Positions 17,257 to 22,054 of a stretch of 22,054 nucleotides of DNA are shown piece by piece (position 1 is the stretch's first letter; each line of letters opens with the position of its first letter). The stretch spans positions 32,407 through 54,460 of the forward strand of contig RDOC01000009.1 of the NCBI GenBank assembly GCA_011364985.1. Reading direction: 5' to 3'. The DNA is from Candidatus Thorarchaeota archaeon (lineage in GTDB: Archaea; Asgardarchaeota; Thorarchaeia; Thorarchaeales; Thorarchaeaceae). The translations under genes were made by a program, and so were the position numbers. The notes under the pieces are model-generated. The model did no database searches, was not told where the DNA came from, and saw only the letters and a program-made list of their open reading frames with translations.

Positions 17257-18170
17257 TGCCCACTCCTCCTTACGAGATATGCAAATGCGTCTTCGAGACC
17301 GGGTTGGCTTACTACTATGCTACTGACCGCAACACGTGACGCTGCAATGGCTTCGAATGTTTTGAGAAACATAGCGTCATTTGCTACCCTTATGGCGAAG
17401 CGCCTATCCTTGAGCTCGATAGGGCTAACATTCTCCAAAGATTTGCTGAGACTAGTTGCATCATCCTGACCTACAACGCCAGAGATGACTCTCTCAAGAG
17501 GCAGAGAAGAAATAATATCGTTAGGAGGAGAACAAGACAGTATTCGCCCCTGAAACATCATTGCGACGGTATCACACCTAGAGGCCTCATCGAGATAGTG
17601 CGTCGTCATAACGACTGTCTTCCCTTCATGAGCTAGCTTGTGAAAGTGGTCCCAAAACTCCATTCGAAGATCAGGACTGACTCCGACCGTTGGTTCATCA
17701 AGGAATATCAGATCTGGGTCATGAACAATGGCGCAGGCAAGACTAAGGCGTTGGATTGTCCCTCCGCTGAGCACCTCCACTGGGCGATCAAGGGAATCTG
17801 CAATTTGCGTCAAATCGGCTGCATGTGCAATCAACTCACTCTTCTTCTCAGAATTGAGGATGCCATAGCTCTCGGCAAAGAACTCCAAGTTTTCTCTCGC
17901 AGTCAAGTCAGGATAGAGCGCTTTCTGCTGTGTCATGTAGCCCATTCTTGCTCGTTCCTGAGGTGTTAGAAGATATGATGGCTTCGACCCCACATAGCAT
18001 GTTCCACTGGTTGGCCGAAGAATACCTACCATCATACGAACCAAAGTGGTCTTTCCTGCCCCGTTCGGACCGATCATTCCCAGAATTGTCCCTTTTGGAA
18101 TCTCCAGGCTTATGTCATCAACAGCAACGATTTCGTCAAATTTTTTGCAAACATCCACAACCCTAATCAT
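17253..18170 (-). CDS. ABC-2 type exporter ATP-binding protein
   Basis: Walker A GPNGAGKTT, signature LSGGT, Walker B IFLDEPT, H-loop TTHYLDEA, C-terminal P.LEDAF; 4-bp overlap with the permease. Confidence 0.95.
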   Translation of the reverse strand: MIRVVDVCKKFDEIVAVDDISLEIPKGTILGMIGPNGAGKTTLVRMMVGILRPTSGTCYVGSKPSYLLTPQERARMGYMTQQKALYPDLTARENLEFFAESYGILNSEKKSELIAHAADLTQIADSLDRPVEVLSGGTIQRLSLACAIVHDPDLIFLDEPTVGVSPDLRMEFWDHFHKLAHEGKTVVMTTHYLDEASRCDTVAMMFQGRILSCSPPNDIISSLPLERVISGVVGQDDATSLSKSLENVSPIELKDRRFAIRVANDAMFLKTFEAIAASRVAVSSIVVSQPGLEDAFAYLVRRSGQ

Positions 18171-18369
18171 GTTTGATATCTCCGTACGAATTGACCACTA
18201 TCACATTTGGCAGGGCTTGTTTATCTGGCTGTTGGATGACAGAATGAATGCTTCTTTCCTTTCTCTTATTCTCTGGAAAAATTCTGCCCAATTTACTCAG
18301 TGGTTCCATACTCTCATACAATGGGAAAGCGTTTATCTGAGGCTCTTACTGAGACAACTTGAGTGACTC

Positions 18370-18891
18370 GTGGACAAGTATAGCAGCGGATTCACAGAAG
18401 AAGAGATTCTTGAAATATCCGAATATGACGAGGAATGGGGGCACCTACGAACTACATTACATCCTCGTTCTATGAAGTCGAGTGAATTACTTGAGAGAAT
18501 AGAGAAGGATTCCAAGCATGAAACCTTTCATCACTATACATACAGCCTGCAAACACCGATAGGTCTAGTTTTTATGATGATTGTTATCACCATCATTCTC
18601 TTGGCCAAGATTCTTGGAGGTCTTGTGCCTCAGGTATCCCTGGCAGAGATATCTCTCTTCTTGTTTAGCGTTCTGGCTTTATACTCCCTGTGTCTTTATG
18701 GTCTCTACTATATTGAGAAAAGGACTAATTCTATCATCGTTAACGACCTAGGCATTGGATGGAAACAATTTGGAATTGCCATAGAATGGAGCCATGTTGA
18801 ATGGATTGATATTGGACTGAAAGAAGGATTGATTGAACGGATCATCTTTTCAGAAATCGAAGAAGCTTATGGCATGATAATGATTGGTTAA
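18370..18891 (+). CDS. Hypothetical 2-TM membrane protein with C-terminal beta domain; possibly frameshifted (extension to 19013)
   Basis: Two hydrophobic helices, then IIVNDLGI......IEWSHVEWIDI, a bacterial-PH-like pattern. Confidence 0.6.
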   Translation: MDKYSSGFTEEEILEISEYDEEWGHLRTTLHPRSMKSSELLERIEKDSKHETFHHYTYSLQTPIGLVFMMIVITIILLAKILGGLVPQVSLAEISLFLFSVLALYSLCLYGLYYIEKRTNSIIVNDLGIGWKQFGIAIEWSHVEWIDIGLKEGLIERIIFSEIEEAYGMIMIG

Positions 18892-19073
18892 ATACCAAAT
18901 TCTGGCTTACTCATCTTGAGAAGTATCTTCCTGATGTGAGATCATGGAAAGTCAGTTCTATGCTAGGTTGGCCTGCACATTACTCAAGATATTCTAAGTC
19001 AAGGAGCACTTGATTGCTATGGAACCGGTGAAATGCGGAGTTGGAAGTCTTGAAGAAGTGTTACTCGACCACT

Positions 19074-19538
19074 CTAGGTCTGCTTCATGATATAGTCTTT
19101 CCACCACTCATCTATCCATTGTTCCAATCCCATCTTTGCAATGCCTTCCAAGTTCTCAATAGTATGGAACTTCACTACGCCTGGATTGCTCCCGAGTATT
19201 TCACATGGGAAACTATCACACTCACCGCAGTTCGAGTAGCCTTTTTGAGAGCAACATCGACGTATCTCACATCGCTCCTCTTCCCCTCTAGAGTAGTCAG
19301 GAAGCTCTGCCTTGCATCCAGAACATATACCAGAGTTTGCTAGCACCTCAAGACCTCGAGAGAAGTTGCTGCCATCGATTTCATTCCTACCGAATAGCTT
19401 TGTGAATCCACCATACTCGTTGAGCATGTTAAGGGTTGCCTGAGCTGTCTTTCGTATCTTCCCGGTATGCCAATCACATGTATGGCAATATGAACCACAG
19501 AAAGAGATGTATCTTCTCTTCTCCTCCTCGTACTTCAT
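19074..19538 (-). CDS. DUF3795-type Cys-rich protein
   Basis: CGSYCHTC, CSGCK, CEIRRCC, NCGECDSFPC and terminal IENL..I...G.E.W; start re-called at ATG 19538 (MKYEEE). Confidence 0.8.
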   Translation of the reverse strand: MKYEEEKRRYISFCGSYCHTCDWHTGKIRKTAQATLNMLNEYGGFTKLFGRNEIDGSNFSRGLEVLANSGICSGCKAELPDYSRGEEERCEIRRCCSQKGYSNCGECDSFPCEILGSNPGVVKFHTIENLEGIAKMGLEQWIDEWWKDYIMKQT

Positions 19539-19868
19539 CGCACAAACGTCCTTTTCCTCAATTTTGCTTAGATAAGCATCTGCCAATTCTTAAAATAGTT
19601 GATTATCTCAGTATTCATCTCACCAATTAGTTATGTGGTCTTCGAAAAATCGGTTTCTCAAATAGGATCATTCTGAATCTGTTATCACTGAAATGCGATT
19701 ATCATCTAGTACTGGAACGCATCGGATGGAACACGCCGACACCAAGCAGAAACAGTGCTCATCTCAAGGTGAATGGGTATAATTGCATGAGTAATATCTT
19801 GGGTCAGATAACATTGGCGCCCTATTTCCCAAAAGCTCAAGTAATTCCTAACCAAAGCAATATCACCT

Positions 19869-20693
19869 ATGTCTGTCCGTGATTTAGATGCAGAAGAACT
19901 CGATCTTGTGGAGGGTATCTGTCTAGGTCCTGGTGTTCCCCCGAAGTGGAAGGAAGTCATGGCTCCATGTATGACGATAAGGAAGGAATGGATCAAGGCT
20001 ATGATGAAAAGGGGCCTCGGTGTGACTATTGCTCTTGATACGAGAGGAGAAAAGAAAGGACTGATAGAGTATTGCCCTGTGGAGTTCGCATCGGAACCAA
20101 TTACAGGTGGAACATCGTTATTCATAAACTGCATGTGGGTTATGTCTCCCTCATGGGGCAAAGGAACTGGAAAGGCTCTGCTGAGTCACGTTATTGAGAA
20201 GGCTAGATCATATGGCGGCCTTACAGTACTTGGTTATGAAAGTGACAAGTGGTTTGGTTTCATGGATTATATGCCTTCAAGATTCTTCAAGCGATTCGAT
20301 TTTCAAGAGGTCGACCGGGATGGAAGCAGAGTATTGCTTTATTTGGACCTAGGTGGAAAGGAAAACCCATTGCTGCTTCCTTCCAAAAAGAGGACTGTGC
20401 CTGAGAGCGACAAGACACTCGTTGAGATTCTCTTCAACTCTCAGTGTCCGTGGTCTGGTTGGATGGTTGATAAGGTGGCAAGGAACCTAGAGAGGTATGA
20501 TGTAGTTGTGAAACCCATCAACACTGATGACAGAAGTGTGCGTGAGGTCTACGGCCTCTCTAGAGGTGTGTGCATCAACGGGGTTCCTGCCTTGAAGAGA
20601 ATGGGCACTGTGAAAGAAGTTGAAGCTCTGGTACAGGAAGTGGCATCGAGGAAAGGACGTAAGCTCTCAGGAAAGAAAAACAAGAAAACGTAG
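19869..20693 (+). CDS. GNAT acetyltransferase with C-terminal thioredoxin-like (YoaP-like) domain
   Basis: GLIEY.P, FINC.WV...WGKG.GKALL (acetyl-CoA binding motif A), FFKR..F, then SQCPW and ING. Confidence 0.85.
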   Translation: MSVRDLDAEELDLVEGICLGPGVPPKWKEVMAPCMTIRKEWIKAMMKRGLGVTIALDTRGEKKGLIEYCPVEFASEPITGGTSLFINCMWVMSPSWGKGTGKALLSHVIEKARSYGGLTVLGYESDKWFGFMDYMPSRFFKRFDFQEVDRDGSRVLLYLDLGGKENPLLLPSKKRTVPESDKTLVEILFNSQCPWSGWMVDKVARNLERYDVVVKPINTDDRSVREVYGLSRGVCINGVPALKRMGTVKEVEALVQEVASRKGRKLSGKKNKKT

Positions 20694-20886
20694 CTAGGAT
20701 CTCAACTGGTTCTTATTATTGCATGCCCTATGACTATGATTACTGATACAGCGGCGGTAAAGTGCAGCGGACAGAAGCTCGGTCTGGAGAGAGGGACAAT
20801 GTCCTGATGACGTCCAGCAAAGCCCATGTCACAGCGTCAGGGTGATGCCCGACCAGACTTGGCGACAGTAGTCACGAGATACAAAT

Positions 20887-21174
20887 CTATCTTAACCGTC
20901 GTCCGCTAACGCGACTAAACAGCTTAATCAGATTTCCACTTCTCAATAGCTTATGGAAGAGCTCTCCCCGCTCCGTCTTCTTGTAGTAGTACCTCCTTCC
21001 TTCTCGACGTTCTGTAAGGACTCTCTCAGCCAAGAAGAACTTCTCGATCCACAATCTGAACTGCGTTTCATTTCCGAGAACCTTGATGAGATCCCATTTG
21101 GTCGCCTCACCATTCTCTTCAACACAATTCAGTAGTTCCAGAGCTATGACGTCTGGAGAACGACGAGGCGCCAT
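20887..21174 (-). CDS. Small winged helix-turn-helix regulator (archaeal HTH_45/ArnR1-like)
   Basis: N-terminal RRS..I..ELL and wing ..YY..TERG..F. Confidence 0.75.
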   Translation of the reverse strand: MAPRRSPDVIALELLNCVEENGEATKWDLIKVLGNETQFRLWIEKFFLAERVLTERREGRRYYYKKTERGELFHKLLRSGNLIKLFSRVSGRRLR

Positions 21175-21183
21175 TTAGAACCC

Positions 21184-21510
21184 TCACTCTTTGGACTCCA
21201 TCGCCCTTTGCAGAGCAAAAAGACGATCATACCGTACCTTCATTGCATACCAATGCCGGAGAACCAAGATTCCTGAGGCAATCATACAACACATAAGGAA
21301 GAAGCTGTAGGCAACAATAAGCAGCTCCGCACCAAGCAGAATCGTTGCAGCAAATGCCCCACCTCCAATGGCAAATAGTAATACTGCCAGTGGAACAGGC
21401 GTATTGATCATCCCTGAAAAGTCCTTGACCAAGGTCTGCACATCGACGACCATCTGATCAAAGATATCGTTCCAGCGAATGAGTTTTTCATCGATATTAT
21501 TTTCGTTCAT
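21184..21510 (-). CDS. Small 2-TM membrane protein
   Basis: Two hydrophobic helices flanked by amphipathic helices; start re-called at ATG 21510 (MNENN) with GGAG upstream; 9 bp from the wHTH gene. Confidence 0.65.
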   Translation of the reverse strand: MNENNIDEKLIRWNDIFDQMVVDVQTLVKDFSGMINTPVPLAVLLFAIGGGAFAATILLGAELLIVAYSFFLMCCMIASGILVLRHWYAMKVRYDRLFALQRAMESKE

Positions 21511-21728
21511 ATGTATCTCCACTGAGCAGTTGGTCAAGTTTACTAAAAGCAATTATTCTGAAAGTACTGTCCCATTTAGTTCTAGCTGATTTTGAGTACA
21601 ATCTAAGCGCCAATTTGAAAAGAAACTGGAAAAGAGGAGGGCCTGAAACTGATTCAACCTGAGCTTTCCATCTGAAAGATTATATGGTGCGCTAAATCCA
21701 CCGTTTCAAGATAAGAGCCTTTCATTCG

Positions 21729-22054
21729 TTACTTCTTCGTAGCAAAGACATTTGTGTTCTTACCATTTTCAATAGTATACTTCTCAAGCAGTTCAGCAGG
21801 TGCCACTCTCTTCACATAAGGAGGTTTATTGACAATTTCGTAGATAGTAAAGCCATAATCAGCAAAAACATTGAGGAATTCTTTTGCATCATCACCTAAT
21901 CTCGCTAAATGACTCGGACAAAACTCGAAGATGATTTTGGCGCTCTCTTGAGCAAGTATTAAAGGCATTCCCCGTAGAATGCGAAATTCAGCTCCTTCCA
22001 CATCCATCTTTATCAGACTGATGCTTTCATGCAATGCTGAATCCAAAGAGATTG
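21729..22054 (-). CDS. FkbM-family SAM methyltransferase, C-terminal part (5' end outside the window)
   Basis: LD......ISLIKMDVEGAE..IL.G, IIFEF.P, GF..Y and terminal NVFA motifs. Confidence 0.88.
   Translation of the reverse strand, partial: ISLDSALHESISLIKMDVEGAEFRILRGMPLILAQESAKIIFEFCPSHLARLGDDAKEFLNVFADYGFTIYEIVNKPPYVKRVAPAELLEKYTIENGKNTNVFATKK

Noticed and set aside
20800-20850. Hammerhead ribozyme or SECIS suggested by CTGATGA / ATGA..AAA..GA
   Set aside because: No stem II followed by GAAA for a hammerhead; the SECIS helix II cannot pair and there is no UGA-containing gene nearby

Overview
Archaeal chromosomal window, about 45% GC by eye. Gene content and protein style suggest an Asgard archaeon, possibly Thorarchaeia; this is an inference, not a search result. 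From left to right: (1) a replication cluster, PCNA - primase small subunit PriS (with two extra Zn-ribbon inserts) - GINS15 - a tightly coupled 98-aa helical orphan, then a small membrane protein. (2) A ~7 kb, closely packed heterodisulfide-reductase-like operon: hdrC, hdrB, a short QmoA-like hdrA, a long QmoB-like hdrA-mvhD fusion, and an unusual ~755-aa protein with helical bundles, two winged-helix repeats and a C-terminal 2x[4Fe-4S] domain. An acyl-CoA dehydrogenase follows 79 bp later; no ETF, hydrogenase, formate dehydrogenase or Apr genes are in the window. (3) An accessory region: a circularly permuted, membrane-anchored family-5 ABC solute-binding protein, cupin, frameshifted NTF2/SnoaL-like pseudogene, DPSL ferritin, ABC-2 exporter with a duplicated extracellular domain, a possibly frameshifted membrane protein, DUF3795-type Cys-rich protein, GNAT/YoaP-like protein, small wHTH regulator, small membrane protein and a truncated FkbM methyltransferase. 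The best candidate for an undescribed system is the Hdr/Qmo-like complex with its wHTH-ferredoxin subunit and adjacent acyl-CoA dehydrogenase. No rRNA, tRNA, CRISPR array or mobile element was recognised.
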